Source: Gemmatimonadaceae bacterium | Lineage (GTDB): Bacteria; Gemmatimonadota; Gemmatimonadetes; Gemmatimonadales; Gemmatimonadaceae | Direction of reading: 5' to 3' | DNA: 64,000 nucleotides | Assembly: GCA_045803545.1 (NCBI GenBank) | Contig: JBJMOW010000005.1 | Span: 1,472,001 to 1,536,000 of the forward strand | Shown: one piece after another, positions 10,453 to 20,301 of the stretch | How positions within the stretch are numbered: the stretch's first letter is position 1 | How the letters are laid out: each line of letters opens with the position of its first letter | The notes under the pieces: model-generated | What the model was told of the DNA's origin: nothing | The model's input: the letters and a program-made list of their open reading frames with translations, nothing else | Databases searched by the model: none | Made by a program: the position numbers and the translations under genes

Positions 10453-10494
10453 TGACTTCTACGTGATTCTCTGCTGACTCCGCGCTCCTATCAT
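10453..10494 (+). promoter_or_regulatory. Three 11-bp-period direct repeats plus -10 box (candidate SARP-activated promoter)
   Basis: TGACTTC 10453, TGATTCT 10464, TGACTCC 10475, then TATCAT 10489-10494. Confidence 0.5.
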
Positions 10495-10564
10495 GCGCCT
10501 CAGTGCCGCCCGGGTCAACGGGGAACTGGACCTGCTGGCAGCCTCAACCTGATGGAGGCTCTTT

Positions 10565-11041
10565 ATGAAGTACGGTACAACGACTGTAGCTCTCGCGGCA
10601 TTGGGTGTCGCCGCCGCGTGCAGCGGCGATCTAAACCGGTCCCTGAGTCCCGATGGGATCTCGAGGGCGAACAACGAGGCATTCGCGCGAAGTGGAACTG
10701 TCAACATCCAGAAGGACTGCACCGCCTACGCGCTACGGGCCGGCGACACGTGCACGATCACGAAATCGAACCTCAAGGAGATCGGGATTGGTACGACGAT
10801 CCATTATCTCCAGGCGGCTAATCCTGACTTCACCTTGAGCAGTGACGTTGTCCTCGACCCGCCAGGGCCCGGCAACAACGCCGCGTTCGGCCATTGCACT
10901 CTCAGCCTGGTGACCGGCATTGGCGTGTGCGTGCTTTCCGGCGGGACAGGCAAATTCATGTTCTTCAATGCGAGCGTCGACGTCACGCCACTCGGCGGCC
11001 CAATCTTCGCCTGGGACGGGACGTACAGTTACAGTCGGTAA
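10565..11041 (+). CDS. Lipoprotein, allene-oxide-cyclase/dirigent-like beta-barrel
   Basis: GGAGG RBS, lipobox AAAC, motif G.C..SGGTGKF. Confidence 0.65.
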   Translation: MKYGTTTVALAALGVAAACSGDLNRSLSPDGISRANNEAFARSGTVNIQKDCTAYALRAGDTCTITKSNLKEIGIGTTIHYLQAANPDFTLSSDVVLDPPGPGNNAAFGHCTLSLVTGIGVCVLSGGTGKFMFFNASVDVTPLGGPIFAWDGTYSYSR

Positions 11042-11101
11042 ACTGAACGCGCATGCATCGCAAAGTCTTTCGTGCATGCGCGCGTCACTTTACGAAACTG
11101 C

Positions 11102-11899
11102 TCATCGCGCCGACTCGAGTCGCCTGATCTGGTCGACTGCGTCGTCGATCTTGTACTGCAGAAAAATGTCACCCAGCGCTACCGAGGCTTTGGTAGGATC
11201 GCCATCCACACCCGTTGCCGCGGTGCGCGCGCCCGTGCTCGGCGCCAGCTTGTCGGATCTGATCCAACGATGCTGTCCGTCGAGCGCCATCAGCTCCGAC
11301 GTGTCGTCGAGGCCGGCGTGAACATCGTTGGCCGGCAGTCCGTGTGAAGTCGCATACGCTTTTGCCTGCTGCTTTTCTTTCGCGTAGAGATCCGCAACGA
11401 AGAAGACGCGCACACCGCGCGGCTTCCACTGCGCGTCGAGCTCCTTTGCGACGGCTGCCAGCTCGGCCTGGCCACCGCCATGGTCGCCCATCAGGAAGAC
11501 GTTCTTAAATCCGGCGTCGGCCGCGCTCACGGCGATGTCGTGCACGGCTCGCTGAAACGTCTGGGGATCGAACGACACCGATCCCGGAAAGCGCATGTGC
11601 CCGGTCTTCTTCGACAAGTCGCCGGTGATCGCGAATGGAAGCACCGGATAAACCAGCGCGTCGCCGAGCTTGATGGCGATCGACCCGGCGACCCAGCGCG
11701 CGATGAAGTTGTGCTTTCCGATCGCCATGTGCGGGCCGTTCTGCTCGGTGCTGCCGGTGTAAATGATCGCACTGTTTTTGCCCGCCGCGATTGCGCGCTC
11801 CACTTCCGGCCAGGTGAGATCTTCTATATAGACTGACTGCTGCGCACCAAGAGCTTCACCACATGCCATCAGGGCGAAAACCATCACACCTGGTTTCAT
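11102..11899 (-). CDS. Creatininase/creatinine amidohydrolase family protein
   Basis: GSTEQNGPHM, HMRFPGS, GDHGG and HAGLDDTS motifs. Confidence 0.85.
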   Translation of the reverse strand: MKPGVMVFALMACGEALGAQQSVYIEDLTWPEVERAIAAGKNSAIIYTGSTEQNGPHMAIGKHNFIARWVAGSIAIKLGDALVYPVLPFAITGDLSKKTGHMRFPGSVSFDPQTFQRAVHDIAVSAADAGFKNVFLMGDHGGGQAELAAVAKELDAQWKPRGVRVFFVADLYAKEKQQAKAYATSHGLPANDVHAGLDDTSELMALDGQHRWIRSDKLAPSTGARTAATGVDGDPTKASVALGDIFLQYKIDDAVDQIRRLESAR

Positions 11900-13134
11900 C
11901 GCATGTTACCCGTGTGGCCCAGTGAGAACCGGCCCGGTTCCGGCCACACAGCCAGACCGTGGGGCTCGTGTCCGACCGGAATCCGGTGAGTGAGCTGGCC
12001 AGTCTTCGTGTCGAACACGTACACCTCGTCATCGTAACGACCGGACACCCATAGCTCTTTGCCGTCGGCCGAGACGTTGCCCATGTCCGGACTGCCCCCG
12101 CCGGGAACGTGCCAGTTGGCGACGACGCTGTCAGTCTCCGGATCGAGCACGGAGATGGAACCCGGGCCGTGACGCCCGGCCTTCAGACTGTTCCAGCCGC
12201 GATTGGTGATGTAGAGCAGCTTGCCGTCCCGGCTCGGGAAGATTCCGTGAGTGCCGACGCCGGTTTCGACGAAATCGATTCGCTCGAACTTATAGGGATC
12301 GACGACGAAGACGCCGTTCAACTTCATATCCGCGACGTAGAACTTGGAGCCGTCCGCGGATGAGCGGATATCCTGAGGCATCGATGGCACCCGCATCATC
12401 GCCGCAAATCCGGCCGTCCGATGCTGCTTGCGCCCGAAGAACCGCGCGATGGGCGCCGGAACATAGTTCTGCCATGCCGCGGGGTCGAGCACGAGGTATC
12501 CGACAACCTTCCTCGTCGCGAGATCGATCTTCACCAGCTGTCCGGAGAATTCACACGTCGCGATGGCGTAGCGGTTGTCGGCGGTGAACTCGACCTGGTC
12601 GAGTCCCTTGCACGATACCGGCAGCGCCTCGATCAGCGTCATGGTGTGCGGATCACGGAAATCGATGCGACGAATTGCCTCGGCGATCACCATCGCGTAC
12701 TTGCCGTCGGGAGTGAAGTAGAGATTGTACGGATCATCAACCTTCACAGCTTTGCCTGCGATGCCGGTTTTCGGATCGATGGGCGTCAGTGTGCCGCTCG
12801 AGTTGTTGGCGACCCATAGTGTGGACAGGTCGTACGAGGGCACGACATGCTGCGGGACTCTGCCGGTCGGAAAGGTGCGCACGACCTGGTAGGTGCGCGG
12901 ATCGATCTCGGTGACCGTCCCCGACTTCGAGTTCGGAACGTAGACCATCGGCAGCGCGCGCCTCGCGGCTGGAGCGAGCTCGTTGGCGCCCGTCAGTGCA
13001 TAGATGTTCACGCTCGCGCCCGCCTTCGAAGCCGCGGCGAACGCAGTGTGGCTGGAATCGGATTTACTTCCGCAGGCCGTTACTCCTGCGACGACAATCA
13101 CTGACGTCAGTCTGCCGACAGTTTTCTTTTTCAA
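11896..13134 (-). CDS. YncE/YVTN beta-propeller lipoprotein
   Basis: Lipobox VTAC; repeats VYVPNS..TVTEID, LWVANN, LYITNR, IPVGHEPHGLAV; stop overlaps the creatininase start. Confidence 0.85.
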   Translation of the reverse strand: MKKKTVGRLTSVIVVAGVTACGSKSDSSHTAFAAASKAGASVNIYALTGANELAPAARRALPMVYVPNSKSGTVTEIDPRTYQVVRTFPTGRVPQHVVPSYDLSTLWVANNSSGTLTPIDPKTGIAGKAVKVDDPYNLYFTPDGKYAMVIAEAIRRIDFRDPHTMTLIEALPVSCKGLDQVEFTADNRYAIATCEFSGQLVKIDLATRKVVGYLVLDPAAWQNYVPAPIARFFGRKQHRTAGFAAMMRVPSMPQDIRSSADGSKFYVADMKLNGVFVVDPYKFERIDFVETGVGTHGIFPSRDGKLLYITNRGWNSLKAGRHGPGSISVLDPETDSVVANWHVPGGGSPDMGNVSADGKELWVSGRYDDEVYVFDTKTGQLTHRIPVGHEPHGLAVWPEPGRFSLGHTGNMR

Positions 13135-13267
13135 TTGCCGGAGGGAAAGCGAAACGATGATGGCGGGCGCTCAGTCAGTGGAGCGCCCTTACATCTCGCT
13201 TTGTGACAGCCGGGTTTAGCTGTGCCGCAATTGACCATGTCGGGCTTCTGGTGCACGTTCTTTCACC

Positions 13268-15970
13268 ATGCCTGATCGCATCGAACAGGCTCAACGCGCA
13301 TTTACGGCGTACACTGTCGAACGCGAGCTCGGCAGCGGCGGGATGGCTACGGTCTATCTCGCCCACGACAGAAAACACGATCGCAAAGTAGCGATCAAGA
13401 TTCTGCACGCTGACCTGGCCGCAATACTCGGCTCGGACCGTTTCCTCCAGGAAATCAGAGTTACTGCCAACCTCCAGCACCCGCACATCCTCGGACTGAT
13501 CGATTCGGGGTTGATCGGCGACGATGGAGGCGTGCTGAGAGGACGGCCATACTATGTGATGCCGTATCTCGACGGTGAATCGCTCCGTCAACGCCTCGAC
13601 AACGAGCAGCAGCTTCCGATTGCTGATGCGGTCCGCCTCGCCACAGAAGTTGCCGGCGCGCTCGACTACGCGCACCGACACAGCGTTGTCCACCGTGATA
13701 TCAAGCCGGAAAACATTCTTCTGCACGATGGTAGCGCAATCGTCGCCGACTTTGGAATTTCGCTGGCGCTAACTCAGGCTGGCGGCGCGCGCATGACGCA
13801 GAGCGGCATTTCACTCGGCACGCCCACCTACATGAGTCCCGAACAAGCGTCCGGTGAGCGCTCGGTTACTCCACGCAGCGATATCTATTCGCTCGGCGCC
13901 GTCACCTACGAGATGCTGTCGGGTGAGCCGCCCTTTGGCGGCGCTAACGCACAGGCAGTCATCGCGAAGGTGATGACGCAGGAGCCGCGTCCGCTCACGA
14001 GCCAGCGTCGGAGCGTTCCGCTGCACGTTGCGTCAGCCGTCTCACGCGCGCTCGAGAAGGTGCCAGCGGACAGGTTCGCCTCCGCACACGAGTTCGCGGA
14101 AGCACTGAACAATCCGTCGTCCGTGACTGCGAGCACCCCACGTCGCGAGGCGGTCGCGACGGATCGCACGAAGTGGATGTTGTACGGCGCCGCATCGCTC
14201 GCCGGGCTTTTTCTGGGAATCTCCATCTGGGCCCTCGCTCGTCCCGCATCTCCGAGAGCGGTGGTGCGGTACAGCATTGCGTTCGATTCCGCCGAGGCCT
14301 TGGCTCCGGATGCTCCGTATTGGGGGCGGCTCGACATCTCGCGAGATGGATCCCGACTCGCTTACCTCGGCGGGCCGCTCGGACAGATCTTCATACGACC
14401 ACGAAATCAGCTGCACGCCACCGCGCTCAACGGGACAGAGGGCGCGTTAACGCCCTTCTTCTCGCCGGACGGCAATCAGGTTGGATTCTCTACGATCCGC
14501 ACTGTTTTTGACCTGCACATCGTGTCCGTTGCCGGCGGTCCGCCGGTGCTGGTGACGGATTCGCTGGTCAGCGTGGCAGGGGCCTCGTGGGGCGCGGACG
14601 GATACATCTACATCGACTCGCGCGGCCCTCTCCCCTTGTCTCGAGTGGAAGCCAGGCAAGGCGCGACACCAAAGCTGTTCACAACACTGGACACTGCGGC
14701 CGGGGAGATCGATCACACCTGGCCGGACGTGCTGCCCAATGGCCAGGGTGTGCTGTTCACCGACACTTTCGGCGCGAAAAGCGGACACCGCGACAGATCG
14801 ATATTCAGCATCGCCGTCGCCGAAATCCCGTCGGGCAAACATCGCGTGATCGTAAACGACGGCATGTACGCGCGCTACGCCGCGTCGGGCCATTTGCTCT
14901 ATGTGACAGCAAACAAGACGTTGATGATCGTGCCATTCGATCAGAACACAATGAAACTCACCGGCACTCCGACCTCCCTGATCCAGGGCGTCCGAATGGG
15001 CGCCTACGGATCTGCCGATGTGGTCGTCTCACTCGATGGCACGCTCGTATATGCCACGGGCGCCGAGCAGACCAAACGCGATCTCGTGTGGGTAGCGCGC
15101 GACGGCAGTCAGAACAGTATCGATCCGGATTGGCAGGCCGGGTTTATGTATCCGGCGCTTTCCCCCGATGGAAAAGAGCTCGCCGTCACAGTGCGACCCA
15201 GTGGTCAGACATCAGACATCTGGATCAAACACCTCGATCGCGGGCCGGCCAGCAGGTTGACGCTCGATGGACTCGATCACTATGGCCCAGCCTGGACCGC
15301 AGACGGCAAGCTGGTTACCTACGTATCGAACGCGGCAGGGTTTTTCGATCTGTGGACGAAGCACGCCGATGGAAGTGCGCAACCGGTGATTCAACTCGCC
15401 ACGAAACAAGATTGGTTCAATCCGCGATGGTCGCCTGACGGTAGATGGTTGCTCTTCAACACCGGCATCGGTGATCGCAACCTCGGCGACATCTTCGGCA
15501 TCCGCCCGGGAATCGACACGATTCCGCTTACAATCGTCTCGACCGGCTTCACCGATCAGTCTCCCGACGTCTCACCGAATGGAAATTGGCTGGCCTATCA
15601 ATCGAACGAGACTGGCAGGTTCGAGATTTACGTCGTGCCGTTTCCCAACACGCGCGCTGCCAAGTGGGCGATATCGACGCGCGGCGGTACCGAGGCGCGG
15701 TGGGCTCATTCCGGACGCGAGCTGTTCTACCGCGACGGCAAAGGCAACCTAGTCGCGGTGGAGGTCGAGACCAATCCGGCTTTCGCCGTCGGTCGATCAG
15801 TGCCGCTGTTTTCGACTTCCGGTTTTTCCAGCGATTTCGATCCAAGCTACGCGGTTTCGCCCGACGACCGCCGCTTCCTGATGATTCGCCCGCTCACCGC
15901 TGGCGGCTTCGACAAGCTGATCGTTGTCGATAACTGGTTCGAAGAGCTGAAAGGAAGATTGCGGAAGTAG
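13268..15970 (+). CDS. Ser/Thr protein kinase with TM and TolB-like beta-propeller
   Basis: LGSGGMATV, VAIKIL, HRDIKPEN, DFG, GTPTYMSPEQ; PD40-like SPDG repeats. Confidence 0.95.
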   Translation: MPDRIEQAQRAFTAYTVERELGSGGMATVYLAHDRKHDRKVAIKILHADLAAILGSDRFLQEIRVTANLQHPHILGLIDSGLIGDDGGVLRGRPYYVMPYLDGESLRQRLDNEQQLPIADAVRLATEVAGALDYAHRHSVVHRDIKPENILLHDGSAIVADFGISLALTQAGGARMTQSGISLGTPTYMSPEQASGERSVTPRSDIYSLGAVTYEMLSGEPPFGGANAQAVIAKVMTQEPRPLTSQRRSVPLHVASAVSRALEKVPADRFASAHEFAEALNNPSSVTASTPRREAVATDRTKWMLYGAASLAGLFLGISIWALARPASPRAVVRYSIAFDSAEALAPDAPYWGRLDISRDGSRLAYLGGPLGQIFIRPRNQLHATALNGTEGALTPFFSPDGNQVGFSTIRTVFDLHIVSVAGGPPVLVTDSLVSVAGASWGADGYIYIDSRGPLPLSRVEARQGATPKLFTTLDTAAGEIDHTWPDVLPNGQGVLFTDTFGAKSGHRDRSIFSIAVAEIPSGKHRVIVNDGMYARYAASGHLLYVTANKTLMIVPFDQNTMKLTGTPTSLIQGVRMGAYGSADVVVSLDGTLVYATGAEQTKRDLVWVARDGSQNSIDPDWQAGFMYPALSPDGKELAVTVRPSGQTSDIWIKHLDRGPASRLTLDGLDHYGPAWTADGKLVTYVSNAAGFFDLWTKHADGSAQPVIQLATKQDWFNPRWSPDGRWLLFNTGIGDRNLGDIFGIRPGIDTIPLTIVSTGFTDQSPDVSPNGNWLAYQSNETGRFEIYVVPFPNTRAAKWAISTRGGTEARWAHSGRELFYRDGKGNLVAVEVETNPAFAVGRSVPLFSTSGFSSDFDPSYAVSPDDRRFLMIRPLTAGGFDKLIVVDNWFEELKGRLRK

Positions 15971-15981
15971 GGCAAACTACG

Positions 15982-16752
15982 CTAGCTGCACGCGCCGAGT
16001 ACTGCGTCGTAGACCGCTTTGGTCTCCTTCGAGGGAGCGACTCCAATTTCCCTCGCGATCAACCGACGGCACTTCTCGTACGCCCAGAGCGCTTCCGCGG
16101 TATTCCCAGCTGCAGCAAGACTCCGTATCAGCAAGCGATGACCACTTTCGCGTAGCGGTTCGAGTCCCATCAACTCGTGCGCGGCTTCGACGGCGAGGCT
16201 GTATTCATGATTCCACAGATAGACTTCGCCGCGACACTCGAGCGCACGTAGCAGCACGTTGCGAAGACGGTTGCGACGTGATTCGATCCATGACCCACGC
16301 CAACCCGGAAGAAACGGTCGCCGAGCGATGTGGTGAGCGACAGCTGACGGCCCATAGGCACGTCCGGGATCACCGACGCGAATCGCAGTCTCCGCTTCGT
16401 GGATCGCGTCGGCTGCTGCCTCGAGGTCGAGCCACGTTGACTCCGGCAGATGAAGCTCGTAGTAGCCCGCGCCACCGGTGAGTGCGCCCGACGACAATTT
16501 CGCTCTGACAAGCAGCGCTCTGAGTTTGCTCATCACCGCGTTGAGCGCGGTGTCGGACGAAGACGGTACTTCGCTCGGCCATAGTGCATCGGCCAGCTCG
16601 GTGCGCTCGACCGGTCGACCACGCTCGGCGGCCAGATAGGCGAATGCGACTCGTCCCTGCTGGCCGGGGAACTCGGGCTGATCGAAAAGCTGACCACACA
16701 CTTCGAGCGACACACGGCCGGCGAGATGAATTCTTACCTGATGTGACTCCAA
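15982..16752 (-). CDS. Stand-alone SARP-family (wHTH + BTAD) transcriptional activator
   Basis: LADALWP..ALNAVMSKLRALL, EPLRESGHRLLIRSLAAAGNTAEAL..Y..L..EIGVAPS. Confidence 0.88.
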   Translation of the reverse strand: MESHQVRIHLAGRVSLEVCGQLFDQPEFPGQQGRVAFAYLAAERGRPVERTELADALWPSEVPSSSDTALNAVMSKLRALLVRAKLSSGALTGGAGYYELHLPESTWLDLEAAADAIHEAETAIRVGDPGRAYGPSAVAHHIARRPFLPGWRGSWIESRRNRLRNVLLRALECRGEVYLWNHEYSLAVEAAHELMGLEPLRESGHRLLIRSLAAAGNTAEALWAYEKCRRLIAREIGVAPSKETKAVYDAVLGACS

Positions 16753-16847
16753 GCTTATTCCATCCCTCCACCAACCTCATCGCAACAGCGTCTACTTATC
16801 TTCGCGTTCCGAGTCCCAAAACATATGAATAGACGGAGGAAGACACC

Positions 16848-17000
16848 ATGGCGACCAAGAAAGTGGCGTGCGATTGCGGCAAGACGATTACCGAACGGAG
16901 TGACGACGAGCTGGTGAAGGCGGTGCAAAAGCACGCGCAGGACGTGCATCGCATGGACCTCAGTCGCGACCAGGTCCTGGCGATGGCGGAGCCGACATGA
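16848..17000 (+). CDS. DUF1059-like small metal-binding protein (50 aa; below the ORF-track cutoff)
   Basis: GGAGG RBS; MATKKVACDCGKTITERSDDELVKAVQKHAQDVHRMDLSRDQVLAMAEPT; ATGA overlap with the next gene. Confidence 0.8.
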   Translation: MATKKVACDCGKTITERSDDELVKAVQKHAQDVHRMDLSRDQVLAMAEPT

Positions 17001-17485
17001 AAACGAATCCGCTCATTGTACTGGCGCTGGTAGTAGGCGGCGGTGGCCTCGCCGCGACCCACTCGAATACTCGCGCGGCAAGCGCGGCGTCTTGCAACGT
17101 TCAGGGGGTGTGGCAAGCCGAGAGGGTGACGGTAAATGGACAGCCTTACACGGCCGCGATGGAAGTGAAGATTGTGACGAAGAATCACTTCATGTGGGTG
17201 CAGCAGGAGAATCGGCGTGATACCCTCCCACTCAGAACCTTTCAGGACACCGCGCGCGTATTCAACGACGCCGGCGGCTACGGCACCTACAGGCTGTCAG
17301 GCAACAACTACATAGAGCGCATCGAGGCTTTTCCGGATCCGACATTCATTGGTAAGGAGTGGCCAGCGACTTGTAAGACAACGCGAACTCAGTGGACGCA
17401 TAGCTACATATCGCCGGAGCGCACCGATGCGAACGGGCGCACGAGACGCGACACGGTGGTGGAGGTTCTCCGACGGGTGGAATGA
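16997..17485 (+). CDS. Secreted lipocalin-like protein
   Basis: Signal peptide; VQGVW..KIVTKNHFMWV..AGGYGTYRLSGNNYIERIE. Confidence 0.7.
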   Translation: MKTNPLIVLALVVGGGGLAATHSNTRAASAASCNVQGVWQAERVTVNGQPYTAAMEVKIVTKNHFMWVQQENRRDTLPLRTFQDTARVFNDAGGYGTYRLSGNNYIERIEAFPDPTFIGKEWPATCKTTRTQWTHSYISPERTDANGRTRRDTVVEVLRRVE

Positions 17486-17624
17486 GACCATACGTTGAAC
17501 CTTTCGGCTTTTTCATTCAATTTGAGAGCTGGCAGGACATCTCGCTGGTCAAGCGGGCTCACTCGTATCGAACGAAGCGGCGTAATCGCCGAATCGATAA
17601 ACCACCATCCACCCGAGGTGTGAT

Positions 17625-18518
17625 ATGAGAGACCTGATGGGAATACGACTCGCCGGCGCCGCGGCGGTCATTGCGCTCAGTGCGTGCGCAACGATGACCG
17701 TCAACCAGGCGAGCGAGGAAGCGGCGATACGCGCCGCAGAGGCCGAGTACATGGCGGCGTTCAATGCGCACGACGCCAATCGACTCCTCGCGGTTCACAC
17801 GCCCGATGCGGTTCTGATGGTGGCCAACGCCCCGTTGTCGACGGGTGCTACCGCTATGCGAAGCTCTTTCAGCGACCTCTTCAGCCAGGAATCACCGACA
17901 CTGAGCTTTACACCGACGAGGATCGAAGTCACGAGCCCGACGACCGCGTACGATTATGGGACTTACACCCTCAATCTCAATACGCCGCAAGGCCAGGTGA
18001 CTGATCGCGGCAACTATACAACGCTATGGCGCAAAATCGACGGTCAGTGGCGAATTGCTCTCGACGCTCCGGTAACGTCGACACCGATGCCGATGGCGGG
18101 CGCAACCGCAATGGCGAGTCCAATGTATCCGCCTGACGTCCAGATAGTGTCCAACAGCGGTCTCGCCTGGAACGCCTTCACGCCGCCGGGCTTCGATCCC
18201 GGAATGAAGCTCGCCGTCATCAGCGGTGATCCGAGCAAGGCTGGTCCGTACACGGTGCGACTGCAGTTCCCAGCCGGTTACAGATTCCCGGTGCATTGGC
18301 ATCCCAGCGCCGAGAACCTGACCGTTGTCTCGGGAACGTTCCAGCTTGCGATGGGAAATACCGCCAACTGGAGCGCGCTCCGGAATTACGGACCCGGCGA
18401 CTACCTATATATCCCGCCGCGTCACTCTCATTTTGGCGGCAGTCCGTCCACCGGTGCATCGGTAATTCAGCTGCACGGCATGGGTCCATTCCAGGTGATA
18501 GTCGGCCCGGGAATGTAG
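17625..18518 (+). CDS. Lipoprotein, NTF2-like (DUF4440) domain fused to a cupin domain
   Basis: Lipobox LSAC; GNYTTLWRKIDGQWRIALD; cupin PVHWHPSAENLTVVSG..H.H. Confidence 0.8.
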   Translation: MRDLMGIRLAGAAAVIALSACATMTVNQASEEAAIRAAEAEYMAAFNAHDANRLLAVHTPDAVLMVANAPLSTGATAMRSSFSDLFSQESPTLSFTPTRIEVTSPTTAYDYGTYTLNLNTPQGQVTDRGNYTTLWRKIDGQWRIALDAPVTSTPMPMAGATAMASPMYPPDVQIVSNSGLAWNAFTPPGFDPGMKLAVISGDPSKAGPYTVRLQFPAGYRFPVHWHPSAENLTVVSGTFQLAMGNTANWSALRNYGPGDYLYIPPRHSHFGGSPSTGASVIQLHGMGPFQVIVGPGM

Positions 18519-18547
18519 GCGCAACGGCAGTCCAGGTTGACCTTGAG

Positions 18548-18583
18548 CGAGCCTCCGCGTCCCTGCGGAGGCTCGTTTTTTTT
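18548..18583 (+). terminator. Intrinsic terminator
   Basis: CGAGCCTCCGCG/TGCGGAGGCTCG stem followed by T8. Confidence 0.85.
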
Positions 18584-18622
18584 GCGGCCGCCCGGCTGGG
18601 AGTCGCTGATGACTGAGCCCGC

Positions 18623-20216
18623 TCAAAAGCGCGATCCGGCGAGCTTGACATCCGCGTTTGCCCAGGCTTTCTGAAGTCTCTCCTCTGCTTGAGCGGCTTG
18701 ACCAATCCTCCCCTGTGCCCGCAACGCCAGCGCGAGTCCATAAAGCGACCAGCCGTTCTCCGGAAAGCGCTTGAGATCTTCCTGATAAACCGTCTCTGCT
18801 TCTCCAGGATGATTGCCTTTGAGCAGCGCCGCGCCGAGTGACTGACGCAGCGGATAGTACCAGCGTGGCGGCTCATTATAGACCAACGAGTCGTCAATTG
18901 CGACCGCCTGACGGAAATGCGAAACAGCGTCGTCAAACTTTCCGCTGCGAGCGGCGATCTCTCCCATCAACGCGTGCATCGCAATCGAAGTTACCGGCTT
19001 GGATCCGTTGTCCGCCGCGGTCCCAGCATCGATCGCCTTTACAGTGTCGAGCGCCGTTTGCGCCCTCGCGAAATCGCCCATCGCTGCCAACGCGATGCCT
19101 CGTGCGTAGTACGCCAACGCCGTGCGCACGCGCGTCTGCGACGGCGGCAACGGCTCGGCGAGAACCTCGTTCCATCGTCCGAACGTGGTCAACATCAGCG
19201 CGTGATACGGCATCACCTCCTGCCACATCTCGACAGCACTCGGGCCCGCGGCCTCGATTTTGTCGCTGAGCGTTTTCGCCCGCTGAAATCGCGTCTGCAC
19301 TCCGCCCAGCCAGCATCGCGGCGAACGCCAGAAAGTGAATGTTATGCGGGTAGTACATCATTGAGTAGAACGACGGCTCTTTCTGCCCCTCCATGAACAT
19401 TTCGTCCGTGTGGACCGCGTGAACGTTGCTCGACACGGCATCGTTGTACCGACCAACACGGATGTAAATGTGCGCGGGCATGTGGACCATGTGTCCTTCG
19501 CCCGGCATCAGCGACGCGAGCCGCTCGGCGCACGGAACAGCGAGCTCGGGATGAACCGCCTCGACTGCATGTATATAGTAGTGGCAGGCACCCGGATGAT
19601 TCGGATTCCTGGCAATTACCGACTCGAGCTGTCGAACGATTTGATCCGTGCCCGGATACGGTTGCCCGTCGAGTGTCCAGTAATTCCACGGCCGCAAATC
19701 CATCATCGACTCCGATGCAAGTGACGCCGCATCGAGATCATTCGGAAATCTCGCGGCGACGTCGCGCATGGCTCCAGCGTAGGCGGAATCGAGTTTCGCT
19801 CTGTCGTCCCGAGGAACGGCGGCGTACCGCGCGGCGATCGCGGTGGCATAAGCTTGCTGCCAGGCTGGCCTCGTGACAGCGAGCGAAAGCGCTTTCTGTG
19901 CGGCCTGGAACGCCTTGACTCCGCTAGTCGAGTCCATGCCTGCGTTGACGTGCGGGCCATAAGCGTACGCGATTCCCCACCAACACATCGCGCACGCCGG
20001 ATCCAGTTCTGCAGCGTGCGTGAAAGAGCGGATGGCTTCCGCGTGATTGAAGCCGTAGGCGAGCCGCAAGCCCTGATCGAAGTAACGCTGCGCCTCCGGA
20101 ACTGTGGTGCCGATGTCCTTGTGGTACGTGCCGAGGTTGTCGTAGAGCGGCACATTGCTTTGCGCGGAGAGCGTTGCGGCGGCGAAACAAAGAGCGGAAA
20201 TGATGAACCGAAACAT
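18623..20216 (-). pseudogene. Secreted TPR protein interrupted by a +1 frameshift near 19280 (or a sequencing error)
   Basis: N-part (FDQGLRLAYGFNHAEAIRSF..HPGACHYYIHAVE..HMPAHIY) and C-part (YNEPPRWYYPLRQSLG..PENGWSLYGL) lie in different frames; junction reads TCA GCG G GCG AAA ACG. Confidence 0.8.
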
Positions 20217-20301
20217 CGTGACTCCTTTGGTCTCGGCATCGACATTAGGCTCGCCGCGCCCGGCACGCAAGCAACCAACGGCGCGTTATACGAAAGGTGG
20301 G

